From positions 2,208,001-2,272,000 of the forward strand of contig CBDETY010000003.1 of assembly GCA_965243025.1 (NCBI GenBank): DNA of 64,000 nt, given 5' to 3'. The DNA comes from Candidatus Latescibacterota bacterium (GTDB taxonomy: Bacteria > Latescibacterota > UBA2968 > UBA8231). The translations under genes and the position numbers were made by a program. The notes under the pieces are model-generated. The model ran no database searches, had not been told where the DNA came from, and saw only the letters and a program-made list of their open reading frames with translations. Positions 28,022 to 37,696 of this stretch are shown here, in pieces. Position 1 is the first letter of the stretch; every line of letters begins with the position of its first letter.

Positions 28022-29128
28022 TTGAAAATCACCGGCATCGATACCGTCGTGATCGATTCCCCGGGACGCAAGTGGACCATCGTGCGGGTTTTCACCGACG
28101 AGGGGATCACCGGCCTCGGGGAGGCCACCTACTCCAACAAGGAGCCGGTGGTCTGCGCCGCGGTCGAGCACATGAAGCAGGAGCTGATCGGCTGCGATCC
28201 GGCGCGCATCGAATACCTGTGGCACCACATCTTCCGCCAGTCCTCGCTGTCCGGCATCTGGCGCATGAGCGGCCCGGTCTGGATGAGCGCCCTGTCGGGG
28301 ATCGACCAGGCGTTGTGGGACATCAAGGGCAAGGTCGCAGGGCTGCCGTTGGCGGAGCTGCTCGGCGGCCTGTTCCGCGACCGGATCGAGGTCTACACCC
28401 ACTTCGGCGGCGGCACCCCGGAGGAGTCCGCCGCCCAGGCCCGCGGCCTGGTGGAGCAGGGTTTCTCCGCCCTCAAGGGAGGGATCTTCGGCAGCGGCAC
28501 CGACCGCTTCGACCCGTACCTCGATATCGATCCGCTGCCGACAGCGGCCCATTTCGAGGCGGTGCGCGAGGCTGCGGGACCGGCGGTGAAACTGCTGGTC
28601 GACTGCCACGGGCGCCTGACCGTGGCCGGATGCATTCGCCTGGCGCGCGCCCTGGAGCGGTTCGACCTGTACGCCCTCGAGGACCCGGTGCCGCCCGACG
28701 ACCTGGGCGCCTACCCCAGGGTGCGGCACGCCATCGGCATCCCGGTGATGGGCTCGGAGCGGCTCAACACCAAGAGCCAGTTCCGGCAGCTGCTGGAGCT
28801 CGACGGCATCGACATCGCCCAGCCGGATCTCATGTACGCAGGCGGCATTACCGAAGTGCGCAAGATCGCCGCCATCGCCGATACCTGGCACGTCCCGGTA
28901 TCCCCGCACAACACCAAGGGGCCGGTCGGCATTGCGGCCGCGGCGCACCTGATGGCGTCCATACCCAACACCGCCCCGATGGAGCTGGTGACCGGCATCG
29001 ACTGGCGCGACGAAATCATCGTCGAGCCGCTGGTCGTCGAAAACGGCTGCCTGCTCCTTCCGCGGGGTCCCGGCCTCGGGGTGGAGCTCGACATGGACGG
29101 TGTCGAGAGGCACCGCTGGCGGCCGTGA
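28022..29128 (+). CDS. Enolase-superfamily acid-sugar dehydratase (galactonate dehydratase-like)
   Basis: TDEGITGLGE, SGIDQALWDIKGK, VDCHGR, LEDP, GSER, QPD, PHN, PGLGVELD. Confidence 0.88.
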   Translation: MKITGIDTVVIDSPGRKWTIVRVFTDEGITGLGEATYSNKEPVVCAAVEHMKQELIGCDPARIEYLWHHIFRQSSLSGIWRMSGPVWMSALSGIDQALWDIKGKVAGLPLAELLGGLFRDRIEVYTHFGGGTPEESAAQARGLVEQGFSALKGGIFGSGTDRFDPYLDIDPLPTAAHFEAVREAAGPAVKLLVDCHGRLTVAGCIRLARALERFDLYALEDPVPPDDLGAYPRVRHAIGIPVMGSERLNTKSQFRQLLELDGIDIAQPDLMYAGGITEVRKIAAIADTWHVPVSPHNTKGPVGIAAAAHLMASIPNTAPMELVTGIDWRDEIIVEPLVVENGCLLLPRGPGLGVELDMDGVERHRWRP

Positions 29129-29189
29129 CATCCCCGCGGGAATCAGGCCGCGGGAAGGCGCGGATGAATTGCAGCAGGGAGCGGCATGG

Positions 29190-29738
29190 ATGGTCAGAGT
29201 CGAAATAAACGCGGCATCCCTCGCGCTGGTGCGAGGTGACATCACCAGGGAACGGGTCGACGCCATCGTCAACGCCGCCAACGAACGGCTGATGGGAGGG
29301 GGCGGAGTCGACGGCGCCATTCACCGCGCCGGGGGGCCGGCGATCGCCGCCGAGTGCAGCGGGATCCGCGCCCGGCAGGGAGGGTGTCCGACCGGAAAGG
29401 CGGTGATTACCAGCGGGGGCAACCTTCAGGCAAGGCACGTCATCCACACGGTCGGGCCGGTGTGGCGGGGAGGGAGCGCCGGCGAGGCGGAGCTGCTCGC
29501 CGGCTGCTACAGGGAGAGCCTCGGGCTCGCGGTCGGCCACGGCCTCAGGACGATCGCCTTCCCCTCGATCAGCACGGGGGTGTACGGATACCCGCTGGCC
29601 GCGGCCGCGACCGTCGCTCTCGACACGGTGAAGCAATTCCTCCAAACCAGCGGCGGCATCGACGAGGTCCGTTTCGTCCTCTTCAACGACGACGCTTTCC
29701 GTTGTTTTTCGGAAGCCCTCGCGAGGATGGATTTGTAA
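29190..29738 (+). CDS. ymdB: Macrodomain O-acetyl-ADP-ribose deacetylase (YmdB-like)
   Basis: GDIT, DAIVNAAN, GGGGVDGAIHRAGG, VIHTVGPVW, AFPSISTGVYGYP. Confidence 0.92.
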   Translation: MVRVEINAASLALVRGDITRERVDAIVNAANERLMGGGGVDGAIHRAGGPAIAAECSGIRARQGGCPTGKAVITSGGNLQARHVIHTVGPVWRGGSAGEAELLAGCYRESLGLAVGHGLRTIAFPSISTGVYGYPLAAAATVALDTVKQFLQTSGGIDEVRFVLFNDDAFRCFSEALARMDL

Positions 29739-29940
29739 GGCGCCACCAGCGGAGCCAGGGCAATATCATCTGGGGGGAGCGCGGGGAATCCCGCCTGAAC
29801 CGGACCGCCTCTGCATCCCGGGGACCCGGGACAGGTCATTCGGCGGCAGCACGGGAACTTTCCCCCTTGACCGGGCGGCCTTTCGTACCGGGGGCAACCT
29901 CGGTTCGATCCAAACCGGATCGTCAACCCGGTTTCTCCCC

Positions 29941-31641
29941 TCAATCCGTCCCCGCCCTGTCGGTCGGCCTGTCTGCCCCCGGTGCCCTGGCAGGGCGCAC
30001 CCGGGGACCGTTGAGAAACCTTCCCAGCCAGGTATAGCGGACCAGGAACCGGTAGGCCAGCAACAGAAGGCCGGTGACGGCCGCAATCACCAGGACGAAC
30101 TTCAGCGCCGAGGGAAGCGGCCAGTCCCGCACCGCCAGTTGCGCGCCGATGACCAGCGGCAGGTGCGCCAGGTACAGCCAGTACGACGAATCCGACAGAT
30201 AGCGAATGGTCCTGTTTTCGCGGGCGCAGAGCTTGCGGAACAGGCCGATGCAGGCGAACGCCATCGTCCAGGGGTAGACGGCCTGCAACACCACCGCCGC
30301 GGCCCGGGCCGCGGCCGGGTCGAACAGCTCCCGGCCGAGTCCGAACGAGCCCGTCGAGAACTCGAGGCCGAGCGGAAAGAGGATGAACAGCCCCGAGGGC
30401 AGCGCCAGCCACCACCATTTCCCCACCCTGCCGTCCGGGTCGCCGCAGTCGAAATACAGGGCGCCGAAAACGAAGAAGAGGGCGTAGTAGAGCAGCACGT
30501 GCGGCATGGGCAGGAGCCCCGGGGAGGTATCCGGTCCGAAGCCGGGAACCACCAGTCCCATGAGCGACTGCGGGATCAGGGTCAGGGGGATCAGCCAGAG
30601 AAACCGAGCCGGAGACAGGACCAGCCACTGACGGGGACCGGGCCACTTCATCCAGCCGGCGAGGCGGGCCCCCAGCGCATGGAGGAGGACCAGCCACCAG
30701 AGGAACCAGAGGAACCACAGGTGGTGGAACGCCGGGGCGGAAAAGAGCGGCGACGCCATCGCTTCGATGTACCCGGCCCCGGCCGTCTCCTCCCTTTCCC
30801 TGCCGGTTTCCTCCGGGCCTGCGACAGCGGAGGACGGGACCATGAGCGCGGCGATCTCAACGCGGCCGGCCTCGACCTCCCCCTGGTCGATCTCGATCCG
30901 CAACAGGCCGGCCAGGTACCGGGTCAGTTCCCAGTCCGCCTTCAGGACCCCTCGAGGCGTGTCGCCGTTGTGGTTCCGCGCCCCGGGATCCGCCCCGTGC
31001 CGGAGCAGCAGCCTGCCGATCTCCGCACGTCCCAGGAACGCCGCCGCGTGCAGGGGCGTCCCGCCATCCTTTGTGCGGCCGTTGACCGCGGCCCCGTTCT
31101 GCAGCAGCCATTCGGCGGCTTCCACCCGGCCGGCCAGGGCCGCCCATACCAGGGGAGTCACCCCGGTTCCCGGATCCATCCCCTCGACATCCGCCCCGTC
31201 CCGCAGGTGCCGTTCCATGGCGGCGAGGTCCCCGTTCCGGGCGGCGCTCCAGATGCTGTCTTTGCCGGGCGTGGCCGCCTCCGCTTCGAAGGCGGACGCA
31301 ATCGCCCGGCCGCTGATCCAGTCGACCGCGGGAACGATGGTCACCAGCCCGAGCAGGAAGGGCAGCAACACGCGGCGGAAACGGTGTGCGAGCATCGATT
31401 TCATGCCGCCCCGGCGCCAGAGCATGGCGGTGAAGAAGCCGCTCAGCAGGAAGAACACCGGCATGCGGAAGCCGTGGATCGCCGCGAACAGCAGCCAGTA
31501 GAACCCGCTCTGCCGCTCGTCCTGCACCGGCCACGGAAACGGCACGAAGGACAACCCCGCGTGCAGGACGATGCCCAGCAGCATGGCCGCGGCGCGCAGG
31601 GCGTCGAGGTCGTTGCGGCGGGGGGCGGGGGCGCTGGTCAT
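29941..31641 (-). CDS. Acyltransferase-3 (OpgC/MdoC-like) membrane acyltransferase with inserted ankyrin repeats
   Basis: ATG at 31641; DLDALRAAAMLLGIVLH, IHGFRMPVFFLLSGFF, HHLWFLWFL, SDSSYWLYLAHLP; internal TPLVWAA / TPLHAAAFLG ankyrin units. Confidence 0.88.
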   Translation of the reverse strand: MTSAPAPRRNDLDALRAAAMLLGIVLHAGLSFVPFPWPVQDERQSGFYWLLFAAIHGFRMPVFFLLSGFFTAMLWRRGGMKSMLAHRFRRVLLPFLLGLVTIVPAVDWISGRAIASAFEAEAATPGKDSIWSAARNGDLAAMERHLRDGADVEGMDPGTGVTPLVWAALAGRVEAAEWLLQNGAAVNGRTKDGGTPLHAAAFLGRAEIGRLLLRHGADPGARNHNGDTPRGVLKADWELTRYLAGLLRIEIDQGEVEAGRVEIAALMVPSSAVAGPEETGREREETAGAGYIEAMASPLFSAPAFHHLWFLWFLWWLVLLHALGARLAGWMKWPGPRQWLVLSPARFLWLIPLTLIPQSLMGLVVPGFGPDTSPGLLPMPHVLLYYALFFVFGALYFDCGDPDGRVGKWWWLALPSGLFILFPLGLEFSTGSFGLGRELFDPAAARAAAVVLQAVYPWTMAFACIGLFRKLCARENRTIRYLSDSSYWLYLAHLPLVIGAQLAVRDWPLPSALKFVLVIAAVTGLLLLAYRFLVRYTWLGRFLNGPRVRPARAPGADRPTDRAGTD

Positions 31642-31851
31642 GAATCCAGGTCCGGGTCCGGGGACGGTCCGGATCGATGGGAGGTCCGTTTCAACCCTGC
31701 GGCCTTCGGGGCAGGCAGGGCTTTCGGAATCCCGGACGGTGACGATCGCGTCGGCGTGATGACCGGGACCGCGCCGCCGGCCCCTGGCCAGGGGGCAACG
31801 CATCCTCCGGTCCGGCGCACTTCACCTGAGGCAAGGCGCACCCCCCCGCCA

Positions 31852-34416
31852 TCAACCGGAGGGATAGGCCTCGCGGTACCGCTCGAAAGCGGCCGCGGTG
31901 CCGCAGACGTAGACCGCGTCCCCTTCGGCGAGCCTGAACGAGGGGGGGAACTCCATGATCACCTCGCCGCCGCGCTCGACGGCGACGACGGAGCAGCCGG
32001 TGCGCTCGCGGATCCGCGTCCGCGACAGCTCCTGCCCCGCCAGCTCTCCGGCCTCCTTCCGCGCCAGGCGGATGCGGGGCTGGTGGGAGACGACCTCCCC
32101 CAGCACGTAGCGGGACAGCAGCTGGGCCGAAACCTGGCTCACCGACAGGGCGAAGTCCGCCCCGGCCTGCTGGATGCGGCCGGCGTTCTCGACCAGCAGG
32201 GCGCTGGCGATGACCGGCACCTCCGGGGCGTGATCCCTGATCACCCTTGCCGCCAGCAGGGCGGCGCTGTCGCTGGCCGCGGTCAGCACCACCACCCGGG
32301 CTTCGGTTACGCCGGCGCGCTCGAGGACCCGGGTGTCGAGGATGTCGCCGACGACGGTGACCCCGGGCCCCTCGGTCTCGGCGATGACGCGCACCTCCTC
32401 GCCGGCATCTGCCAGCATCCCGACGAGGTTCCTCCCCACCTCCCCGGCCCCGGCGACGACGATGGGCCCTTCGGCGGCGATCGGCCGGCTGATCTCGCCG
32501 AGGCGGCGGATGCTCGCCGGGCTCCCGGCGGCCACCAGGATCGTCCCCGGATCGAGGGGGCGGTCCGCAGGAGGCGGCGAATCGAGGAGATCGCCGTCCC
32601 AGCGGCCGACGATCTGGGCCCCGGTCCGGGTGTGAATCCCGGTCTCCGAGAGAGTCCTGTCGGCGAGGGGGCCGCCTTCCTGCACCCGGATCTCGGCGAT
32701 CTCCAGCAGTCCCTCCAGGGCCTGGGCCCCGGTCACGCGCGGACTGATCCTGCTGCTTGCCCGCACCGCCAGGGCTCCGGCCAGCAGGTGCGTCGGCGTG
32801 AACGCCGCGGTCGCCCCGGCCAGCTGCATGGCGGCGCGCCGGTTGGGATTGTCGATCAGCGCAACGAGCGGACCGGAGAAACCGTGCTCGCGCGCCCCGG
32901 CGGCCAGCAGGGCGTTGAGCTCGTCCTGACCGTTGGCGATCACCGCCCGCGCCAGGGCGAGGGGCTCGAAGTCGAGGGCCTCCTCGGCCAGCGAGGTGTA
33001 CACGACCTGTTGCCCCCGCGCCTGCAGCCGCCTCGCCTCCTCCTCGTCCTCCTCGATGACGACGGCGGGCAGGTCCCTGGTCGCCAGCTCCCCCATCAGG
33101 GTTTCGACCTCGGGGCCGTACCCGTAGATGACCACCGCGTCCGGTTCGGCGGGAAGCGCCGAGGGCAGCCTGCCGCCCGGGAGCTCCTCGACGAGGGGCG
33201 AACCGAACTTGTCGATCTGCACCAGGCCGCGGGTGGCGCCCCTGAAGCGGGCCGCCTTCCCCTCGAGCAGCACCGCGCACCCCTTGAGCGCCATCGGCGT
33301 GAACAGGTTCATCAGGAAGGCGGAGAAGATCAGGGCGGAGAAGACGGACTGGTCGATGGCCCCCTGGGCGAGCGCCAGGGAGGCGAGGATGAAGGCGACC
33401 TCGGCGCGGCCGCACATGCCCACCCCGACGGTGAACGCCTCGCGCGCCGGCAGCCCCATGCGCAGGGCCATGCCGCCGGCGCTGAGGATCTGTCCGGCGA
33501 CCACCGCGGCCGTGAGCAGGACCATGAAAGCGACCGAGGAGGCGCTGATGTCGAAGGTGACCGAGAACCCGAGGGAGATGAAGAAGATCGGCCCGAGGAA
33601 GGAGTAGGCGATTCCGTAGGCGCGGTCCTTGACCACCCTGACCAGGTTGGGGTGGGCGACCTTCTCCTCGAAGAAGAGGCCGGCGAGGTAGGCGCCGAGG
33701 ATCATGTGCAGGCCGATCGCCTCGGCGAAGAGGCCGCCGGCGATGGCGGTCAGCAGCACGAAGGTGAACCCCTTGCCCCCCTCGGAGCGGAACGGCAGCG
33801 ACAGGCGCGGGTAGAGGAAGCGGCCGACCAGGAAGGAGACGGCGAAGAACCCGGTCACCTTGCCGACGGTGAGGGCGATGGCGGCCGGCTCGAACCCCCC
33901 GCCCGACAGCAGGCCGAGGACGAGGCTGAAGAGCACCAGGGTCAGCAGGTCGTTGATGACGCAGCTGGCGAGGATGAGGCGGGCGACCCGGGTGTTGTCC
34001 AGCCGCAGGTCCTTGAGGCACTTGAGGGTGACGACGACGGCGGTCGCCGTGCCGATGGTCAGCCCGACGAAGGTGGCCCCGAGGAGGTCGAGGCCGAAAA
34101 GGACCGCCACCCCGAAGCTGATCGCGAACGGCACCGCGGCCCCTGCCAGGGCGATCCCGAGGGAGCGCTTCAGGGCGTCGAAGAACTGCACCGGCTGGGT
34201 CTCGACGCCGGCGTGGAACATCAGGAAGAAGATGCCGATCTCGGCGAGCAGCTCGATCGCATGGCCCGGGGCGATCAGCCCGAGGACCGCCGGCCCCACC
34301 AGCACCCCGACGATCAGCTCCCCCATCACCGTCGGCATCCCGAGCGGGCGCAGGGTGACGGCGACGAACCAGATGCCGGCGAGCAGGATCAGCAGGTCGA
34401 GGGCGATCTCATGCAT
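31852..34416 (-). CDS. CPA2 cation:proton antiporter fused to two RCK_N/RCK_C (TrkA) modules
   Basis: PTVMGELIVGVLVGP, ILGAYLAG, PIFFISLG, GRAEVAFI; YGYGPEV and AGAGEVG nucleotide loops, each followed by a TrkA-C segment (IHTRTGAQIVG, IRERTGCSVVAVER). Confidence 0.88.
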   Translation of the reverse strand: MHEIALDLLILLAGIWFVAVTLRPLGMPTVMGELIVGVLVGPAVLGLIAPGHAIELLAEIGIFFLMFHAGVETQPVQFFDALKRSLGIALAGAAVPFAISFGVAVLFGLDLLGATFVGLTIGTATAVVVTLKCLKDLRLDNTRVARLILASCVINDLLTLVLFSLVLGLLSGGGFEPAAIALTVGKVTGFFAVSFLVGRFLYPRLSLPFRSEGGKGFTFVLLTAIAGGLFAEAIGLHMILGAYLAGLFFEEKVAHPNLVRVVKDRAYGIAYSFLGPIFFISLGFSVTFDISASSVAFMVLLTAAVVAGQILSAGGMALRMGLPAREAFTVGVGMCGRAEVAFILASLALAQGAIDQSVFSALIFSAFLMNLFTPMALKGCAVLLEGKAARFRGATRGLVQIDKFGSPLVEELPGGRLPSALPAEPDAVVIYGYGPEVETLMGELATRDLPAVVIEEDEEEARRLQARGQQVVYTSLAEEALDFEPLALARAVIANGQDELNALLAAGAREHGFSGPLVALIDNPNRRAAMQLAGATAAFTPTHLLAGALAVRASSRISPRVTGAQALEGLLEIAEIRVQEGGPLADRTLSETGIHTRTGAQIVGRWDGDLLDSPPPADRPLDPGTILVAAGSPASIRRLGEISRPIAAEGPIVVAGAGEVGRNLVGMLADAGEEVRVIAETEGPGVTVVGDILDTRVLERAGVTEARVVVLTAASDSAALLAARVIRDHAPEVPVIASALLVENAGRIQQAGADFALSVSQVSAQLLSRYVLGEVVSHQPRIRLARKEAGELAGQELSRTRIRERTGCSVVAVERGGEVIMEFPPSFRLAEGDAVYVCGTAAAFERYREAYPSG

Positions 34417-34446
34417 GGCGTTTCAGCCGCTTGCGGGTCCCAAGGG

Positions 34447-35907
34447 TCACGCCGGCAGCGGCTGGCGGCCGCTGATCTCCGTTATGCGCCCGCTGACGGC
34501 GGCTGTCAGCAGCTCGAGACAGCCGGGAGCCAGGCAGGAGGGCTGCTCCTGGTACAGCCCCAGGCCGTAGCGGTCCTCGGGGAGCAGGTAGGCCACCTGG
34601 GGATCCCCGGCGACCGGAGAAAGAAGCAGCGCGAGACCGGGAAAACGGCGGCGCAGCTCCTGAGTCACTTCGTTGTACGGCTCCCCGGAGCAGGTGATCC
34701 AGACGGCGTCGCCGAGGCGGAAGACCGAGTACCGGAACGGGAACGACGCCCCCTCGGGCATGTCGGCCAGGCGCCCGAGCCAGCGGCGGCAGCGCTCCGC
34801 CCTCGCCCCGGCATCGCGCGCCGCCGCGGCGTCGCCGGCGGCCTCCGCCTTCCCCTGCTCTTCGGAGTAACGCTCGAGATCGCGGCGCAGCTCTTCCCTG
34901 CCGGGCAGATCCCGGTACGGCAGATCCACGGTGAACGCTCCCCCCGCCCACCGGGAGGCGGCCTCGGTGCGGCTGCCGGTGAACGGGGTCCAGGCCCAGG
35001 CCCCGAGGGTGGCGCCGGATTCCACCGGCCCCCGGTAGGTGAAGTCGCAGCGCGCCGGACCGAGCGAGAAGTAGGCCGACAGGGCCGTGTGCCCCAGCTG
35101 CCTGCCGTTGCGGTCGGCGGTTCCGGTGTCCCCGGTGAAACCGTCCCGGGGCCCGAGCTCGCCGCAGGCGCCCTGGAAGAACACGCAGGGCGACCCGGTC
35201 CCGGCTTCGAAGACCTCCCGCATGGCCCCGGCGAAGTCGGGGCTCAGAAGGCTGTTTTCCCAGGCCAGGGTGGTGGGATGGCAGGCGTAGTGGACGATGC
35301 CGAGCCGCGGCTTTCCCGCCTCGTCCTCGACCCGGGCCACGACCACGGTGTCGTCGGCGGGAGCGTCGGGGTTGTACCCGGTTACGTAGATCTGCCGTTC
35401 CTCGTCGCGGTAGTCGCGGTTCGCGGCCATGTCGCAGCGGCCCGCCGCGTAGGTGATGACGGCGGGCCGCAGGTCGTCGAGGGCCTGCCGCGTCAGCTCC
35501 TCGACTCGAGTTTTCAGGGAGTCGAGGTACGGGCCGATCAGCTCCCCGCCGGGAAGGGGCATGCGGTCCGGCAGGAAGAAGCCGGCCGCATGGGAGTGCG
35601 AGTGCGTCACCAGCACGCGGTCGGGAGCGACACCGGAGACCGCGGAGATGCTCTCGATCAGGGCGTCGGACTGGGCGTTGGCGAGCAGTACCAGGTCGAG
35701 CTGCAGGCGCGCCATGCCGGGGCCGCCCCCTGCGGCCGGCTGCAGGAGAATCAGGTCGGCGGCCAGGGGGCGGTGCACCCCCGAGGCGCGGTCGTGGCTG
35801 GCCGCCCCCCACATCCGGTGGTATATCCCGACCGGCGGCGTGACGTCGGCGCGGGCGTATCCCAGCCGCAGTATTGACGTGGGGGTGCGCACGGACCGGG
35901 TCGACAT
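34447..35907 (-). CDS. Neutral/alkaline ceramidase N-terminal-like metallo-amidase
   Basis: ARADVTPPVG, THSHSHA, HYACHPTTL, SPDFAG, FFQGACGELGP, SGEPY. Confidence 0.7.
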   Translation of the reverse strand: MSTRSVRTPTSILRLGYARADVTPPVGIYHRMWGAASHDRASGVHRPLAADLILLQPAAGGGPGMARLQLDLVLLANAQSDALIESISAVSGVAPDRVLVTHSHSHAAGFFLPDRMPLPGGELIGPYLDSLKTRVEELTRQALDDLRPAVITYAAGRCDMAANRDYRDEERQIYVTGYNPDAPADDTVVVARVEDEAGKPRLGIVHYACHPTTLAWENSLLSPDFAGAMREVFEAGTGSPCVFFQGACGELGPRDGFTGDTGTADRNGRQLGHTALSAYFSLGPARCDFTYRGPVESGATLGAWAWTPFTGSRTEAASRWAGGAFTVDLPYRDLPGREELRRDLERYSEEQGKAEAAGDAAAARDAGARAERCRRWLGRLADMPEGASFPFRYSVFRLGDAVWITCSGEPYNEVTQELRRRFPGLALLLSPVAGDPQVAYLLPEDRYGLGLYQEQPSCLAPGCLELLTAAVSGRITEISGRQPLPA

Positions 35908-35940
35908 CTGCTCTCGATCTCCGTCGGGGTCGGTCAGCCG

Positions 35941-37524
35941 TCAGCTCCCCGCGCCGCTGTCTTCCGCGTACCGGATCGACAGGCGGACCCCGCACAGCCA
36001 GGCCGGGTCCCCCTTCTCGAGGGCGATCTCCACCCTGTTGGTACCCGGGGCCAGGATCGAAGGCGGGACCGCGAACTCGACCTGCTCCTCCCCTTCCAGC
36101 GGCGTCTCGGCCAGGCGCGAGGGGTACTCGTTCCAGTCGGCGTCGTACCGGGTCTCCGTCCACGCCGCCCCGGGGGCCTTTCCCTCCTCCCAGTCGAGCC
36201 GGTGCCCGTTTACCGCAAGGGAAACGGCCCGCTGGCCGGCCGGGCCCCCGTCTCCCGAGGTCTCGAAGCTGAGCCCGAGGACCGCGGAAGCGGCCGCGGC
36301 CGGATCCTCTCCGGACAGGTCGATGGCGAGGGAGGTACCGCTTCCCGGGACCGTCTCCTGCAGGCGGACCGGCAGCTGCGCCCGCGGGATCGCGTTGAAG
36401 AAGGAGAACCCGAGCTGCGAGTCCGGCAGCTCCCGGCCGGAGCGGTCGACCTGGTAGCGCTTGTTGCCGCCAGCGAGCTTTGCCGGGTCGGCGAGCTCGG
36501 CGACGAACTCCCGCTTCCACTCGTTCGGCATGCTGTAGTAGTTGAAGAAGTAGAGCCCGTCGACCCCGGCGGCCCAGCAGCGCGCCGCAACCGCCCTCAT
36601 CTCGTCCCGGTTCAGCATCGGCCGCAGGGCCTCGAAACAGCCCAGCACCCGGCAGCCGGTCCCCCGGGCGGCCTCGACGAAGGAGGCGACCGGCGTCTCG
36701 AACGGTATGAACCCGCCCCCGGCGATCAGGATGTCGGCCAGCCCTTCCCGCATCCAGAGCCCGGCGTCCAGCCCGATGCGCCGGCAGTCGGCCAGGGTGG
36801 GAGGGACGCGCACGGCGAGCTCGAGGCGGCGCCGGCGGGCGGCCCCGGCCTCGTCGAGCCGGGAGCGCACCCGGCGCACGAGGTCGGTGGCGAGGTAGCG
36901 GTGGGCGAAGGCCTGCTCGATGCGGAAGAAGGCCGGGTGGCGCATGAAGTCGAGCTCGATGCCGTCGATGTCGAAGCGGTCGATCAGCTCGAAGATGATC
37001 CTCAGCATGTGGGCCCGGACCCCTGCCTCGGCGTAGTTCAGGCCGGTGCGGATCCCCCACTCGAGGGTGCCGGGCGGCAGCTCTCCGTCGGCGTGGCCGA
37101 TCAGCAGTTCCGGATGCCCGCGGCGCAGGCGGCCGTAGTTGGGGGCGGCCTCGTCGATGTCGTAGTGCTCGTTCATGCGCACCGACGGGAAGAAGCGCAT
37201 CCCCGCCTCGCGGCACAGCCGCGAGGTCACGGTGACCGGACCTCCGTGGTTCTCGGTCAGATATCGCAGGTTGTCCCGCTGCCGGCGCTGTCTCTCGTCG
37301 AGGTCCCCGTCGCCGTACCCGTCGCCGAGGCGCTCCCCGATTTCGGTTTCGTAGTCGTACACCTCGTGGCCCCCGACGGACCACAGGAAGACGCCGGCCG
37401 GAGAGCCCTCGTAGGGGGCGATCATCTTCTCGCGCATGATCTCCGGGGTGATGGGAGGTCCGTACGTCCCCATGATCCAGCCGTCGTCGTTGAACAGGAT
37501 GAGGGGTGTTTGCGGTTCGGTCAT
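35941..37524 (-). CDS. GHL10-like (family 10 glycosyl hydrolase-like) TIM-barrel protein
   Basis: LFNDDG, FPSVRMNEHY, LNYA...VR, DIDGIELDFMRH, GVDGLYFFNY; no signal peptide. Confidence 0.7.
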   Translation of the reverse strand: MTEPQTPLILFNDDGWIMGTYGPPITPEIMREKMIAPYEGSPAGVFLWSVGGHEVYDYETEIGERLGDGYGDGDLDERQRRQRDNLRYLTENHGGPVTVTSRLCREAGMRFFPSVRMNEHYDIDEAAPNYGRLRRGHPELLIGHADGELPPGTLEWGIRTGLNYAEAGVRAHMLRIIFELIDRFDIDGIELDFMRHPAFFRIEQAFAHRYLATDLVRRVRSRLDEAGAARRRRLELAVRVPPTLADCRRIGLDAGLWMREGLADILIAGGGFIPFETPVASFVEAARGTGCRVLGCFEALRPMLNRDEMRAVAARCWAAGVDGLYFFNYYSMPNEWKREFVAELADPAKLAGGNKRYQVDRSGRELPDSQLGFSFFNAIPRAQLPVRLQETVPGSGTSLAIDLSGEDPAAAASAVLGLSFETSGDGGPAGQRAVSLAVNGHRLDWEEGKAPGAAWTETRYDADWNEYPSRLAETPLEGEEQVEFAVPPSILAPGTNRVEIALEKGDPAWLCGVRLSIRYAEDSGAGS

Positions 37525-37696
37525 TTATTCATTCCCCTGAATGCTTTGAGAAGCTCATTTTGCAGTACCGGCCTCCGAACGGCGCTCCCGTCGGGCACAG
37601 CATGGCGGGATCGAGGCCTCCGCTTCACGGTACGGGAAATCCGGGGAGAATACCAAGGTTTGAGACCACTCCGCTTCTCCCCTGCGGTCCTGTCGC

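Noticed and set aside
30139-35877. 1912-aa plus-strand ORF
   Set aside because: Antisense shadow of three well-supported minus-strand genes in GC-rich DNA; no recognisable motifs.
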